From: an uncultured bacterium
GTDB lineage: Bacteria > Actinomycetota > Coriobacteriia > Coriobacteriales > Atopobiaceae
NCBI GenBank assembly: GCA_905214175.1
Contig: CAJMLD010000001.1
Coordinates: 1 to 34,692, forward strand
DNA: 34,692 nt
Reading direction: 5' to 3'
This document shows, in pieces, positions 18,373 to 29,199 of the stretch (the stretch's first letter is position 1; each line of letters starts with the position of its first letter). The notes beneath the pieces are model-generated. The model did not search any database, was not told the DNA's origin, and saw only the letters and a list, made by a program, of their open reading frames with translations. The position numbers were made by a program, and so were the translations under genes.

Positions 18373-18774
18373 CTACACGCGACGACGCTTGCACGGACGG
18401 CAACCGTTGTGCGGAATGGGGGTCTTGTCCTGGATGCCCGAAACCTCGAGGCCGGCAGCCTGGAGGGAGCGGATGGCCGTCTCGCGACCAGAGCCGGGGC
18501 CCTTGACGAACACGGAGACCTTGTGCAGGCCGTGCTCCATTGCTGCCTTGGCAGCGGCCTCGGCGGCGAGCTGCGCCGCGAACGGGGTGGACTTACGGGA
18601 GCCCTTGAAGCCAACGGTGCCGCCCGACTGCCAGGAAATCACGTTGCCCTGGGGGTCGGTGATGGAGACGATGGTGTTGTTGAAGGTGCTCTTGATGTGA
18701 GCCTGACCAACCGCAATATTCTTGCGCTCAGAGCGGCGCACGCGGGTGGTACGGGCATTCTTCTTCTGCGGCAT
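18373..18774 (-). CDS. rpsK: 30S ribosomal protein S11
   Basis: [24 protein letters not shown]. Confidence 0.99.
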   Translation of the reverse strand: MPQKKNARTTRVRRSERKNIAVGQAHIKSTFNNTIVSITDPQGNVISWQSGGTVGFKGSRKSTPFAAQLAAEAAAKAAMEHGLHKVSVFVKGPGSGRETAIRSLQAAGLEVSGIQDKTPIPHNGCRPCKRRRV

Positions 18775-18786
18775 TGTGTTATCCCC

Positions 18787-19158
18787 TTACGCCTTCTTCT
18801 TTGCACCGATCTGACGCTTCTTGCCCTTGCGGGTGCGAGCGTTAGTGTGGGTGCGCTGACCGCGAACGGGGAGGCCCTTGCGGTGGCGAAGGCCGCGGTA
18901 GCAGCCAATCTCCATCAGACGGGCAATGTTCTGCCTCACCTCGCGGCGAAGGTCGCCCTCGGTGGTGTAGTTGGCATCGATGTAGTCACGAATCTTGGTG
19001 ACCTCGTCCTCCGTCAGGTCCTTGACGCGAGTGGAGGGGTCAACACCGGTCTCCGCGCAGATCTTGGTCGCGGTGGTCTGGCCGATGCCGTAAAGGTAGG
19101 TAAGTCCGACCTCGACACGCTTGTCACGCGGAAGGTCGACGCCATTGATACGGGCCAA
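18787..19158 (-). CDS. rpsM: 30S ribosomal protein S13 (TTG start)
   Basis: [26 protein letters not shown]. Confidence 0.98.
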   Translation of the reverse strand: MARINGVDLPRDKRVEVGLTYLYGIGQTTATKICAETGVDPSTRVKDLTEDEVTKIRDYIDANYTTEGDLRREVRQNIARLMEIGCYRGLRHRKGLPVRGQRTHTNARTRKGKKRQIGAKKKA

Positions 19159-19179
19159 CGTGAGTCTCCTCTCAGTTAT

Positions 19180-19293
19180 CTAGCCCTGACGCTGCTTGTG
19201 GCGCGGGTTCTCGCAGATTACGTATACCTTGCCGTGGCGACGAATGATCTTGCACTTGTCGCACATCTTCTTGACCGAAGGACGTACCTTCAT
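19180..19293 (-). CDS. rpmJ: 50S ribosomal protein L36 (Zn-binding type; not in the ORF track)
   Basis: Manual translation [37 protein letters not shown]. Confidence 0.97.
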   Translation of the reverse strand: MKVRPSVKKMCDKCKIIRRHGKVYVICENPRHKQRQG

Positions 19294-19418
19294 GTGTCTT
19301 TCCTTCCAGTAGACAGTACCTGTACTGGTAGTACGTTTGGCCTGGCAGGTGGTGCTGCCTGGCGCTCTATGTCATCGCCCAGCCGCAGGCGTGAATAACC
19401 AACCGTTGTGCGCAGCGC

Positions 19419-19637
19419 CTACTTGTAGCGGTAGGTGATGCGGCCCCTTGTGAGGTCATACGGCGAAATCTCCACCACAACCTTATCGCCGGGAAGGATC
19501 CTGATGTAGTTCATCCTGATCTTGCCCGAGATGGTGCAGAGGATGGTCTTGCCGTTCTCAAGCTCGACGTTGAACATGGCGTTAGGCAGTGGCTCGATGA
19601 CCTTGCCCTCAAGCTCGATTGCATCCTGTTTGCTCAA
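19419..19637 (-). CDS. infA: Translation initiation factor IF-1 (TTG start)
   Basis: [10 protein letters not shown]...LPNAMF...[13 protein letters not shown]. Confidence 0.97.
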   Translation of the reverse strand: MSKQDAIELEGKVIEPLPNAMFNVELENGKTILCTISGKIRMNYIRILPGDKVVVEISPYDLTRGRITYRYK

Positions 19638-19691
19638 ATTCAACCCTCTCAACGCTGTGACAGCGACCAAATATCTTACCTAAAATCATCA

Positions 19692-19730
19692 CAAACGTCC
19701 ACGTTGCACGTAAATCGCACAACGTGGACG
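19692..19730 (-). terminator. Hairpin or terminator between map and infA
   Basis: 11-bp stem cgtccacgttg/caacgtggacg followed by ttt on the minus strand. Confidence 0.5.
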
Positions 19731-19752
19731 CATATTACCTGCGATAAGGACG

Positions 19753-20547
19753 CTAGGCGTCCCGCTCGCCGCCCTGCATGGGGCACCACGAACCAACCTC
19801 GTCTGTGGTAAGGATAACGGGACCGTCCTTGGTGATGGCAATGGTGTTCTCGTAATGCGCGGCAGGAAGGTTGTCGTTGGTGACAACGGTCCAACCATTC
19901 GAGAGTGTGTGGGAATCGTAGGAACCCATGGTGATCATAGGCTCGATTGCGATGACCATTCCCACCTGAAGGCGGACGCCACGACCACGCTTGCCATAGT
20001 TGGGGACGTTGGGGTCTTCATGCATCACATGGCCAACGCCGTGGCCAACGTAGTCACGCACGACGCCGTAGCCATGAGACTCGGCGAGCTCCTGGATGGC
20101 AGCGCCAACATCGCCCAGGCGATTGCCGGGGACAGCCTGCTCAATTCCAGCCTTGAGACAATCGCGCGTAACCTCGCAGAGCCCCTTGACCTCATCCGAC
20201 ACATCACCCACATAGAAGGTCCAGGCATTGTCGCCAACCCAGCCTCCTAGCGTGGCGCCGGTATCGATTGAGATGATGTCCCCCTCCTTGAGAGCAACGG
20301 CGGGAGAAGGAATCCCGTGGACGATCTGCTCGTTCACCGAGGAGCAGATGCTCGCGGGAAATCCACCGTACCCCTTAAACGTTGGCGTTGCGCCGTGGAG
20401 ACGAATGTAGCTCTCGACTACCTGGTCAATCTCTCGGGTCGTAATGCCCGGACGCACCATAGCACCAGCACGACGAAGGGCCGCCTTGGAGACAGCCCCG
20501 GCGACCTTCATCTGCTCAATCTGTTCAGGACTCTTGATGTGAATCAT
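19753..20547 (-). CDS. map: Methionine aminopeptidase type I
   Basis: SVNEQIVHGIP, GHGVG, HEDP, AIEPM, AAHYENT. Confidence 0.97.
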   Translation of the reverse strand: MIHIKSPEQIEQMKVAGAVSKAALRRAGAMVRPGITTREIDQVVESYIRLHGATPTFKGYGGFPASICSSVNEQIVHGIPSPAVALKEGDIISIDTGATLGGWVGDNAWTFYVGDVSDEVKGLCEVTRDCLKAGIEQAVPGNRLGDVGAAIQELAESHGYGVVRDYVGHGVGHVMHEDPNVPNYGKRGRGVRLQVGMVIAIEPMITMGSYDSHTLSNGWTVVTNDNLPAAHYENTIAITKDGPVILTTDEVGSWCPMQGGERDA

Positions 20548-21170
20548 TTGGTGAGGAGTTCCCGGACATCGGCGTAGACCTCGTCGACAGGCCGGTCTCC
20601 ATCGACCTCCTTGAGAATCGAGTGTCCACGGTAGTACTCGATGAGCGGTGCGGTCTGCGTCTTGTAGACATCCAGACGCTTTTGAATAGTCTCAGGCTTG
20701 TCATCGTCACGCTGGTACATCTCGCCACCGCAGCGCGGGCAAACGTCAACTCCAGCAGGGGCGGTATAACCGCAGGAACGGCACGTGCGACGCGAGCTCA
20801 GGCGCTTGACAATGACCTCGGGCTTAACGTCGACGAGAAGGGCCGCGTCGAGGTTGCGGTCCAGGGACGCAAGCTCGGAGTCGAGTGTCACGGCTTGGGC
20901 AGTATTGCGAGGGAAGCCATCGAGAATGAAACCCGCCTGCGTATCATCAGCCTGGAGGCGCTCCTTCACGAGGTTGATGACAAGCTGGTCGGGAACGAGC
21001 TTGCCGGCGTCCATGTAGGACTTCGCCTGCAGGCCAAGCTCCGACTGGGCCTTAACGGCAGCACGGAGAAGGTCGCCGGTGGAGATGTGGGCAAGACCAA
21101 ACTCCTCCACGAGCTTCTGTGCCTGTGTACCCTTGCCAGCACCCGGGGCACCGAGCAAAACGATGTTCAT
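20544..21170 (-). CDS. adk: Adenylate kinase (CxxC...CxxC lid)
   Basis: GAPGAGKGTQ, HISTGDLLR, LDGFPR, YQRDDD. Confidence 0.98.
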   Translation of the reverse strand: MNIVLLGAPGAGKGTQAQKLVEEFGLAHISTGDLLRAAVKAQSELGLQAKSYMDAGKLVPDQLVINLVKERLQADDTQAGFILDGFPRNTAQAVTLDSELASLDRNLDAALLVDVKPEVIVKRLSSRRTCRSCGYTAPAGVDVCPRCGGEMYQRDDDKPETIQKRLDVYKTQTAPLIEYYRGHSILKEVDGDRPVDEVYADVRELLTK

Positions 21171-21185
21171 GTGCATCCCCCTTTG

Positions 21186-21217
21186 AAAAAAGGGTGCCGG
21201 CCTAACGACCGGCACCC
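21186..21217 (-). terminator. Intrinsic terminator between secY and adk
   Basis: Stem gggtgccgg/ccggcaccc followed by six U on the minus strand. Confidence 0.7.
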
Positions 21218-21232
21218 AGCGTTACAGATAGC

Positions 21233-22510
21233 CTACTTAAAGAAGCCGTCATAGTTGTGCATCTTGAGTTGGCTCTCAAGTGACGCGATGGTGTCCATGG
21301 CCACGCCGACCATGATGAGCACCGAGGTCCCGCCGAACGACTGGATGAGCGTGTCGTTGGTGAACCAGAAGATGATGGTTGGCACTACGGCGAGAACCGC
21401 CATGAAGAGCGCACCGGGAAGCGTGACGTGGTCGATGGTGCTCTTAATGTAGGCCGCGGTGGCCGCACCAGGCCTCACGCCGGGGATGAAGCCGCCCTGC
21501 TTACGGAGCTGGTCAGCCGTCTCCTCGGGGTTAAAGACCATCGAGGTGTAGAAGTACGCGAAGAACACGATGAGCACCACGGAGAGAACCCAGTTGAGCC
21601 AACCCGAGGAAAGGGCATTGGCAACTGCCTGGATCCAATCAACTCCGGGGAAGAACACCGCAATCTGAGCCGGGAAGTACAGCACGGCGGAGGCGAAGAT
21701 GATGGGCACAACGCCAGCCGTGTTGACCTTGATGGGAAGGTAGGTGTTCTGCCCGCCCATAACCCTGCGCCCAACCACGCGCTTTGCGTACTGCACGGGA
21801 ATGCGACGCTGGCCGCGTTCCACATACACGATAAGCGGCACGATGGCCACAATCACGAGGAGCGTGATTATCGTGAGCAGCGCGTTGCCGTTCGTGGTCA
21901 CCGAAGAGATGAGTGCCGACGGCAGGCCGGACATGATGTTTGCGAAGATGATGAGCGACATGCCGTTGCCAACGCCGCGCTGGGTAATGACCTCGCCCAG
22001 CCACATGATGATCACTGCGCCCACGAGCATCGTGAAGACCACGATGACGTTCTCTAGTGCCTCGGGGATGCCCATCTGGGAGAACGTCACGCCGTAGCTC
22101 TTGAAGTAGAAGAGGTAGGCAATGGCGTTGAGGAGCGCGAGACCAATGGTGAGGTAACGGGTGTACTGCGTGATCTTACGCTGACCCGACTCCCCCTCCT
22201 TGGCAAGCTCGCCCAGCGAGGGAACCACTGCCTGGAACATCTGGAGGATGATCTGGGCAGTGATGTACGGCATGATGCCCAGGCTGAAGACGGACATGCG
22301 CGAAAGAGCGCCGCCCGAGAACAGGTTGAGCACTGCCATGGCACCGCTCGAGGAAACGCCGGCGGCATATGCGCTCAGCATCTCCTGGAACGGGGCCCCA
22401 GGCACGGGAAGGTACGCACCGAAGCGGTAGAGGACGAGAATCCCCACGGTAAGGAGGACCTTCTTCCTCAGTTCCGGCACTCGGAAAGCGTTGGCGATTC
22501 CGTTTAGCAC
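21233..22510 (-). CDS. secY: Preprotein translocase SecY
   Basis: [40 protein letters not shown]. Confidence 0.99.
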   Translation of the reverse strand: MLNGIANAFRVPELRKKVLLTVGILVLYRFGAYLPVPGAPFQEMLSAYAAGVSSSGAMAVLNLFSGGALSRMSVFSLGIMPYITAQIILQMFQAVVPSLGELAKEGESGQRKITQYTRYLTIGLALLNAIAYLFYFKSYGVTFSQMGIPEALENVIVVFTMLVGAVIIMWLGEVITQRGVGNGMSLIIFANIMSGLPSALISSVTTNGNALLTIITLLVIVAIVPLIVYVERGQRRIPVQYAKRVVGRRVMGGQNTYLPIKVNTAGVVPIIFASAVLYFPAQIAVFFPGVDWIQAVANALSSGWLNWVLSVVLIVFFAYFYTSMVFNPEETADQLRKQGGFIPGVRPGAATAAYIKSTIDHVTLPGALFMAVLAVVPTIIFWFTNDTLIQSFGGTSVLIMVGVAMDTIASLESQLKMHNYDGFFK

Positions 22511-22953
22511 GCCGGCTCGACCTTTCCTCCGGCCGCCTCGATCTTGGTCTTGGCCGAGGCGGAAACCTTGTCCACCTTGACAGTGAGCTTCTTGGTGAGC
22601 TCGCCGTCACCGAGGACCTTCACAGGGACATACGTGCGCTTGATGACGCCCTTGGCAACCAGGGACTCGGCATCGACGGTGTCGCCGTCCTCGAAGACCT
22701 CCTGAAGACGGGCAACGTTGACGGGAGCGTACTCGACACGGTTGGGGTTCCTGAAGCCAGGGAGCTTAGGAAGACGCATAGCGAGCGGCTGCTGGCCGCC
22801 CTCGAAGCCAGCGCCCTTGCCGCCACCAGAGCGGGAAAGCTGGCCCTTGGTGCCACGGCCAGCGGTGGTGCCGTGGCCGGAAGAGTTGCCGCGACCAATG
22901 CGCTTGCGGTTCTTCCTGGAGCCCTCTGCGGGGCGCAGATCATTGAGCTGCAT
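22504..22953 (-). CDS. rplO: 50S ribosomal protein L15
   Basis: GRGTKGQ, GFEGGQ, RLPK. Confidence 0.98.
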   Translation of the reverse strand: MQLNDLRPAEGSRKNRKRIGRGNSSGHGTTAGRGTKGQLSRSGGGKGAGFEGGQQPLAMRLPKLPGFRNPNRVEYAPVNVARLQEVFEDGDTVDAESLVAKGVIKRTYVPVKVLGDGELTKKLTVKVDKVSASAKTKIEAAGGKVEPAC

Positions 22954-22964
22954 TTGGGTGACTC

Positions 22965-23153
22965 CTAGTTCTCTTCAACGGTCACGAGGTGCTTGACCTT
23001 GAAGATCATGCCTCGGACGCTGGGGTTGTCGGGCAGGACGGCGACGTCGCCGATCTTGCGAAGGCCCATGGCACGGCAGGTGGCCGTCTGGTCCTTCTTC
23101 ACCTGCGTCACGGCGCTGCGGACGAGGGTGACGGTGAGCTTCTTCTCTGCCAT
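22965..23153 (-). CDS. rpmD: 50S ribosomal protein L30
   Basis: [22 protein letters not shown]. Confidence 0.96.
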   Translation of the reverse strand: MAEKKLTVTLVRSAVTQVKKDQTATCRAMGLRKIGDVAVLPDNPSVRGMIFKVKHLVTVEEN

Positions 23154-23155
23154 CG

Positions 23156-23677
23156 CTAGTTCTCCTTCCCGACGAACATCTCGGAGACGGTGATGCCACG
23201 ACGCTCGGCCGTCTGCTCGGGGCTAGAGAGCTCCTTCAGACCCTCGGCAGCCGCCTTGATGATGTTCATGGCGTTATCGGTGCCCAGGGACTTGGAGAGA
23301 ACGTTGGTGATGCCAGCGAGCTCGAAGAGCGGGCGGACGGGGCCGCCGGCGATGACACCGGTACCCTCGATAGCCGGCTTGATGAGAACGCGGCCAGCGC
23401 CGTAGTGGCCCTCGACCGTGTGGGGGACGCTGCCCTCAGCGGTAACGGGAACCTTGAACATGTTCTTCTTGGCGTCCTCGACGCCCTTCTGGATGGCCAG
23501 AGGCACCTCGGTGGAGCGACCCATGCCGAGACCCACGTTGCCCTTACCGTCGCCAACGACGACGAGAGCAACGAGAGACATGCGACGGCCGCCCTTGACG
23601 GTCTTGGAGACGCGGTGAATGTAGACGACGCGCTCCTGAAGGTCCGTGTCCTGCTGGCGCTTACGATCACGTGCCAT
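23156..23677 (-). CDS. rpsE: 30S ribosomal protein S5
   Basis: RVSKTVKGGR, GTGVIAGGPVR. Confidence 0.98.
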   Translation of the reverse strand: MARDRKRQQDTDLQERVVYIHRVSKTVKGGRRMSLVALVVVGDGKGNVGLGMGRSTEVPLAIQKGVEDAKKNMFKVPVTAEGSVPHTVEGHYGAGRVLIKPAIEGTGVIAGGPVRPLFELAGITNVLSKSLGTDNAMNIIKAAAEGLKELSSPEQTAERRGITVSEMFVGKEN

Positions 23678-23686
23678 TGAATCCTC

Positions 23687-24055
23687 CTAGAACTTCAGGC
23701 CCGCGCTGCGGGCACCGTCTGCCAGAGCCTGGACACGGCCGTGATAGATGCGGCCGCCACGGTCGAACCTCACCGTGGTGATGCCCTTCTCGATGGCGCG
23801 CTTGCCAACGAGCTCGCCCACGAACGCGGCGGCCTCCTTGTTGGAGCCCACCTTTCCGGTTGCGCGGAACTCGGGGTCAAGCGTCGAGGCAGAGCAGAGC
23901 GTCTTGCCCTCGGTGTCATCGATGACCTGCGCATAGATGTTGGCGTTGGTGCGGTGCACGCAGAGGCGGGGACGCTCTGGGGTACCGAAGATCTTGGCGC
24001 GGACGCGACGCTTGCGACGCGCGAGGCCAGCTGCCTTCTTCTGATACTTGTTCAT
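23687..24055 (-). CDS. rplR: 50S ribosomal protein L18
   Basis: RPRL, FDRGG, YHGRV, GLKF. Confidence 0.98.
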   Translation of the reverse strand: MNKYQKKAAGLARRKRRVRAKIFGTPERPRLCVHRTNANIYAQVIDDTEGKTLCSASTLDPEFRATGKVGSNKEAAAFVGELVGKRAIEKGITTVRFDRGGRIYHGRVQALADGARSAGLKF

Positions 24056-24115
24056 TCCTTCTCCTTAGTCATGCCACCACCTGACGGGGTGATGGTCTTG
24101 TGCCTGGTCCTATTA

Positions 24116-24652
24116 CTACTTGGCGGCCTTGCCGAGCTTGCGGCGGATGTGCTCGCCCTCGTAGTGGATACCCTTGCCCTTGTACGGCTCGGGCGGACGC
24201 TTCTCGCGGATCTCGGCGGCAACCTGGCCAACCTGCTCCTTGGAGATGCCCTTCACGGTAATGTGAGTGTTGTCAGGCACCTCGAACGAGATGTTCTCGG
24301 GGCAGGCGAAGATCACGGGGTGAGAATAGCCGAGGGAGAGGTCGAGGTCCTTGCCCTTGAGTGCGGCACGATAGCCGACGCCCGTGAGCTCAAGCTTCTT
24401 CTCGAAGCCCTCGGAGACGCCCACGACCATGTTGTGGATGAGGGTGCGGACGAGGCCCTGCTGAGCGTTGGACTCCTTGGACTCGTCAACGCGAGCGACT
24501 GTGAGGACGTCACCCTCCTGGGAAATGCTCACCAGATCAGAGAAGGTACGGGTGAGCTCACCCTTGCTGCCCTTGGCAGAGACGGTGGTACCGTCGATGG
24601 TCACCGTGACTCCAGCCGGAATCTGGACAGGCTTCTTACCAATACGAGACAT
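24116..24652 (-). CDS. rplF: 50S ribosomal protein L6
   Basis: MSRIGK, GVGYRA, PEPYKGKGI. Confidence 0.99.
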   Translation of the reverse strand: MSRIGKKPVQIPAGVTVTIDGTTVSAKGSKGELTRTFSDLVSISQEGDVLTVARVDESKESNAQQGLVRTLIHNMVVGVSEGFEKKLELTGVGYRAALKGKDLDLSLGYSHPVIFACPENISFEVPDNTHITVKGISKEQVGQVAAEIREKRPPEPYKGKGIHYEGEHIRRKLGKAAK

Positions 24653-24681
24653 TGTCTCCTCCTATCTTGATTCAGCCGGAG

Positions 24682-25080
24682 TTACCAGATGTAGGCGATG
24701 ACCTCGCCGCCGACGCCGAGCTTGCGAGCGTCGCGGTCGCACATCATGCCCTTGGAAGTAGAGATAACGGCAGTGCCAAGGCCACCCAGGACGCGGGGAA
24801 GCTTGTCCGCCTGGGAGTAGATACGAAGGCCCGGCTTAGAGATGCGACGGATGCCGCGGATGACGCGGGCGCGCCTGTTGCCGTACTTAAGCGTGATGTG
24901 AAGGGTCTTCTGGGGCTTGGTGTCCTCCACCTCGTAGCCCTCGATGTAGCCCTCCTCCTTGATGACGCGGGCGATCTCGACGAGCACCTTGGTCGAAGGC
25001 ATGGAAACCTCGGCCTTGCCCGCTGAGTTCGCGTTGCGGATGCGCGTCAGCATGTCTGAAATGGGATCGGTAATCTTCAT
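24682..25080 (-). CDS. rpsH: 30S ribosomal protein S8
   Basis: [30 protein letters not shown]. Confidence 0.98.
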   Translation of the reverse strand: MKITDPISDMLTRIRNANSAGKAEVSMPSTKVLVEIARVIKEEGYIEGYEVEDTKPQKTLHITLKYGNRRARVIRGIRRISKPGLRIYSQADKLPRVLGGLGTAVISTSKGMMCDRDARKLGVGGEVIAYIW

Positions 25081-25167
25081 TGATCCTTCTCCTTCGTCAT
25101 GATGAAACTGCGTGTCCGGTTCGCCCAAACCCATGGCATGGACGCCTGGACGCCAGAGCCCTGCGTC

Positions 25168-25353
25168 CTACCAGCTAGCCTTGCGGACGCCAGGAAGCTC
25201 GCCCTTGCTCGCCAGCTCGCGGAAGCAGAGACGGCAGAGACCGAACTTGCGATAGACGGAGTGGGGACGCCCACAACGCTGGCAGCGGTTCTGCTTGCGC
25301 GTCGAGAACTTCGGCTCGCGGTTCGCCTTGACGATCATCGATGTCTTAGCCAC
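25168..25353 (-). CDS. rpsN: 30S ribosomal protein S14, short Zn-binding type (GTG start)
   Basis: RCQRCGRP...LCRLCFRE...PGVRKASW, 61 aa. Confidence 0.97.
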   Translation of the reverse strand: MAKTSMIVKANREPKFSTRKQNRCQRCGRPHSVYRKFGLCRLCFRELASKGELPGVRKASW

Positions 25354-25421
25354 AAATCCTCCTTCATAGTGCATCTTGACCGCCCGGGGACATCCCGGGC
25401 GAGGTCATTGCGATGGTTGGC

Positions 25422-25982
25422 CTACTCCGCCTTGAACGGGAAGTGGAAGGCGTCGAGAAGCGCCTTGCCCTCCTCGTCGGTGGGAGCGGTGGTCACGATG
25501 GTGATGTCCATGCCGCGCGTGCGGTCGATCTTGTCGAAGTCAATCTCGGGGAAGATCAGCTGCTCGGTGACGCCCATGGAGTAGTTGCCACGGCCGTCGA
25601 AGCTCTTGGGCGAAAGGCCGCGGAAGTCGCGGATGCGCGGAATGGCGACGGCAATGAGGCGGTCGAGGAACTCCCACATGCGGTCGCCGCGAAGGGTGAC
25701 CTTGGCGCCGATGGCCTGACCGGCACGCAGGTGGAAGGTTGCGATGGACTTACGGGCGTGCGTGACGAGCGGCTGCTGGCCGGTGATGGCACGCAGGTCG
25801 GAGATGGCGCCGTCGATTGCCTTGGAATCGGTTGCGGCCTCGCCAACGCCCATGTTCACGACGATCTTCTCAAAGCGAGGGATCTGCATGACGTTGCCGT
25901 AGTTGAACTGCTTCTGCAGCTCGTCGCGGACCTCGTCGTAGTACTTCTGCTTGAGGCGGGGCACGTACTTCTCTTCTGCCAT
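25422..25982 (-). CDS. rplE: 50S ribosomal protein L5
   Basis: [30 protein letters not shown]. Confidence 0.99.
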   Translation of the reverse strand: MAEEKYVPRLKQKYYDEVRDELQKQFNYGNVMQIPRFEKIVVNMGVGEAATDSKAIDGAISDLRAITGQQPLVTHARKSIATFHLRAGQAIGAKVTLRGDRMWEFLDRLIAVAIPRIRDFRGLSPKSFDGRGNYSMGVTEQLIFPEIDFDKIDRTRGMDITIVTTAPTDEEGKALLDAFHFPFKAE

Positions 25983-26274
25983 GTTCACTCCTTAAATCAT
26001 GGTGGTTTACGTGCGGGGTTTCTTTCTCGCACCCCCTGGGTTGGCACTCCCAGGAGCCAGTTGCCGCACCGCGAGACAGCCTAATCCCTGCCTAGCGACG
26101 CAAGGTCAACTCATAGTGTTTCCGGCGATTTTCTGCCAGTCCTCATGTTTGCTTGTTTCTGCACCGAGAAATTCTCCTCAGTATCAACACGAGAGGGCCC
26201 CTTCCCGCTCCTGCAGGACGGGGCCCAGCGCCTGTTGCACCCAGCCACCGCGGGGGCTAGGAGTTCAGCGCGTT

Positions 26275-26931
26275 CTAGTCGAGCTTCTTGCCGCACTCTG
26301 GGCAGAAGTGTGAGCCGGGCTGGACCGGCGCTCCGCACTCCGGGCAGAAGTGTCCAGCGCCGGGAGTGGAGGGCGGCTCCGGCGCAGGCGGAACGGACTC
26401 CGCGGGCGCCGGCGGGACAGGCGCCTCCGGTGCAGCACTAGCAGGCGGGAGCTGCGAGCTGGAACGGTTGCTCAGTATGCCCTTGATGTCGTTGGTGTTG
26501 CGGGTGATGATGACGCTCAACATGACCGACTCGAACGAGACGCGCTCGAGGAGCTCGGCAATCAGGCAGAGAATGGCGCACATGACGAGCGTAATCAGGA
26601 ACACCACGATGCCATCCGCAAGGCTGGCGAGGACCAGCGCCAAGAAGAAGAACGCAGTGAAGATGGCGCAGAAGATGTAGAGCGCCCGCAGGATCTTGTC
26701 GATGACCAGCTTGTCAAAACGCAGGAACGGACCCCATGTGCTCTTGTCTTTTACGCTGAATGGCTGGTCGTTGCCATCGCTTGCGTACGCCCGATACACG
26801 ATCACCGCAAGCACAATGGCCGCGATGAACCCAATGACCAATAGCGTCGCGAAGATCCCACCAGCTGCCCCCAGCCCAATTCTGGGGCTACCAAAGCCGT
26901 AGTCGTTGTAGCCGTACCCGTATCCGTACAT
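26275..26931 (-). CDS. Membrane protein with Pro-rich linker and C-terminal zinc ribbon
   Basis: GY-repeat N-terminus, about 3 TM helices, PA-rich linker, FCPECG-x8-FCPECG. RBS gaaaggag. Confidence 0.85.
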   Translation of the reverse strand: MYGYGYGYNDYGFGSPRIGLGAAGGIFATLLVIGFIAAIVLAVIVYRAYASDGNDQPFSVKDKSTWGPFLRFDKLVIDKILRALYIFCAIFTAFFFLALVLASLADGIVVFLITLVMCAILCLIAELLERVSFESVMLSVIITRNTNDIKGILSNRSSSQLPPASAAPEAPVPPAPAESVPPAPEPPSTPGAGHFCPECGAPVQPGSHFCPECGKKLD

Positions 26932-27035
26932 GGCGCTCCTTTCAGTTGGTCGAGCGTCGCTCGTCCGCTATCCCGCTGCACTACGTGCGCGGAGCGGGTC
27001 CCCTGTGCTTTTCTCATAGTAGTACTGATGCTGGC

Positions 27036-28034
27036 TCAACCGCGGACAACGTTCTTGAGCTGCTCTCCCCTAACGTAGCGCTTAAGATTCTCGGTTGCCA
27101 AGGCCACCACACGCTCAAGCGTGGCATGGAGATGCCAGAATCCTGCCACATGTGGCGTGATGATGAGGTTCGGGGCATCCCACAGGGGATCGTGAGCAGG
27201 AAGCGGCTCGGGCGTCGTCACGTCCAGTGCCGCGCCAGCAAGCTTGCCAGCCTCCAAAGCACGACGCAACGCATCCTGGTCAATGAAATCTCCCCTTCCA
27301 GCATTCACCAGATACGCGCCGGTCTTCATGGTGCCGAGAAACCCATCGTCTACAAGTCCCCGCGTCTCCTCAGAGCTGGGAAGAAAGCTTGCCACCACAT
27401 CGGCTGTGGGCAGCTCGTTGACTAGCCCATCCATAGTTGTCACTCGGGAGAATGCGAGTGCATACTCGGGAGCCGGGCTGCTGGGGATATGTCGTCTCAC
27501 CCCTACGCACGTGGCGCCTACGACCGTACAGAGGCGCGCGAAGCAAAGGCCAATGTCACCTGCGCCCAGAACCAGCACGCGTGCACCATCCAAAGTCGCA
27601 ACCATGCCCTCGTCAGACCACTCGTGGGAGCGCTGGTCAACCTGGTAGGCTGGCAGGCGCTTCATGAGCGAGAGGAGCATCGCAAACGCATGCTCGGCCA
27701 CGGCAGGCCCGTAGGCACCGGTGCCATTGGTCACAATGGTCGAAGGCGCAAGCACACCCGGAGCAAGGTACGGTTCATAGCCAGCAGAGCCAAGCTGAAT
27801 CCACTGGAGTCGTGGCGATGAAGCAATGAGCGCCGGCGCAATGTTGCCGAGAATGACGTCCGCCTTCGCAACGCGATCGGCGCGTATATCAAGCCTGGGT
27901 GTCTTGGGAAGACGGCTCGTATCGCCAACGGGAGCAGCAAAGTCAAACGATGCCCCAGGAGCCGCAGCCCTCAGTGCATCGGCCTCCTCAACTGTCACGG
28001 GTATCTTCACCAGCACCGTATTGACTTGTGGCAT
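27036..28034 (-). CDS. D-2-hydroxyacid dehydrogenase family protein
   Basis: VAEHA, GAGDIG, NAGRG, LDVTTPEPL, ITPHVAG. RBS gagggag. Confidence 0.92.
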   Translation of the reverse strand: MPQVNTVLVKIPVTVEEADALRAAAPGASFDFAAPVGDTSRLPKTPRLDIRADRVAKADVILGNIAPALIASSPRLQWIQLGSAGYEPYLAPGVLAPSTIVTNGTGAYGPAVAEHAFAMLLSLMKRLPAYQVDQRSHEWSDEGMVATLDGARVLVLGAGDIGLCFARLCTVVGATCVGVRRHIPSSPAPEYALAFSRVTTMDGLVNELPTADVVASFLPSSEETRGLVDDGFLGTMKTGAYLVNAGRGDFIDQDALRRALEAGKLAGAALDVTTPEPLPAHDPLWDAPNLIITPHVAGFWHLHATLERVVALATENLKRYVRGEQLKNVVRG

Positions 28035-28061
28035 AGTCTCTCCCTCACAACTCATGCGCAT

Positions 28062-28105
28062 ACAAAGAACGAACCCGACCGCCGCAACCGCGACAGTCGG
28101 GTTCG
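28062..28105 (-). terminator. Intrinsic terminator after rplX
   Basis: Minus strand cgaacccgactgtcgc-ggtt-gcggcggtcgggttcg-ttcttt (16-bp stem including G.U pairs). Confidence 0.75.
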
Positions 28106-28133
28106 ATGATCGTGCTTGTTCGAGCACAACGGC

Positions 28134-28451
28134 TTAGAACTTGGCGCCGCACTTCTTGCAGACGCGAACCCTGCGGCCGTTGTCGTCGACGTCGTGACCA
28201 ACGCGCGTGCGCTTGCCGCAGACAGGGCAAACGAGCATAACGTTGGAGACGTGAATGGGGGCGGGCTTCTCGATGATGCCGCCCTGCTGGTTCATGGCGT
28301 TAGGCTTGGTGTGGCGCTTCACAATGGCAGCACCATCGACAATGACCTTGGAATCCTTCGGCATGGCACGCAGAACCTCGCCCTGCTTGCCCTTATCCTT
28401 GCCGGTGATGACCTCGACCTTGTCGCCCTTCCTCACGTTCATCTTAGGCAT
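28134..28451 (-). CDS. rplX: 50S ribosomal protein L24
   Basis: [25 protein letters not shown], CxxC...CxxC tail. Confidence 0.98.
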   Translation of the reverse strand: MPKMNVRKGDKVEVITGKDKGKQGEVLRAMPKDSKVIVDGAAIVKRHTKPNAMNQQGGIIEKPAPIHVSNVMLVCPVCGKRTRVGHDVDDNGRRVRVCKKCGAKF

Positions 28452-28465
28452 GTGTCCAGGCCTCC

Positions 28466-28834
28466 TTACAGCGTCTCGGGTGCGAGCGAGACGATCTTCA
28501 TGTACTTGCGATCGCGCAGCTCGCGGGCGACGGGCCCGAAGATACGCGTGCCCTTGGGCTCGCCCTCCTTGTCGACCAGGACGCACGCATTCTGGTCGAA
28601 GCGGATGTAGCTGCCGTCCTTGCGGCGGGCCTCCTTCTTGGTGCGCACGATAACGCAGCGCACGATGTCGCCCTTCTTGACGCCGGAACCGGGAGTTGCC
28701 TCCTGGACCGCGCCGATGATGACGTCACCGAGGCCAGCGTAGCGGCGCTTGGAGCCACCGAGGACCTTGACGCACTTGACGCGCCTGGCGCCGCTGTTGT
28801 CAGCGACGTTGAGCATGGTCTCCATCTGAATCAT
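28466..28834 (-). CDS. rplN: 50S ribosomal protein L14
   Basis: [20 protein letters not shown]. Confidence 0.99.
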   Translation of the reverse strand: MIQMETMLNVADNSGARRVKCVKVLGGSKRRYAGLGDVIIGAVQEATPGSGVKKGDIVRCVIVRTKKEARRKDGSYIRFDQNACVLVDKEGEPKGTRIFGPVARELRDRKYMKIVSLAPETL

Positions 28835-28915
28835 GTGATGTTCCTCCGAACCTATATCCCACCAGAGGTGCGCCCACGCGAGCGACGCACATGGGGAATC
28901 CTGGGTGTTCGCTAC

Positions 28916-29182
28916 TTACTTGGCCTTCTCGACAATCTCGACGACGCGCCAACGCTTGGTCTTGGACAGCGGGCGGGTCTCCATGACCATCACCGTGTCG
29001 CCAAGACCACACTCGTTGTTCTGGTCGTGGCAGTGAAGCTTCTTGGAGATAGTCATCATCTTGCCGTACTTGGGGTGGTGCTTGCGGTAGCTGATCTTCA
29101 CCGTCACAGTCTTGTCGCCGGAGAGCGAGACGACGGTTCCGGTGCGAACCTTACGCGCGTTCCTGCTTTCGGTCTCTGCCAT
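28916..29182 (-). CDS. rpsQ: 30S ribosomal protein S17
   Basis: HPKYGK, ETRPLSKTKRW. Confidence 0.98.
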   Translation of the reverse strand: MAETESRNARKVRTGTVVSLSGDKTVTVKISYRKHHPKYGKMMTISKKLHCHDQNNECGLGDTVMVMETRPLSKTKRWRVVEIVEKAK

Positions 29183-29199
29183 GTCTTATCTCTCTCCTG

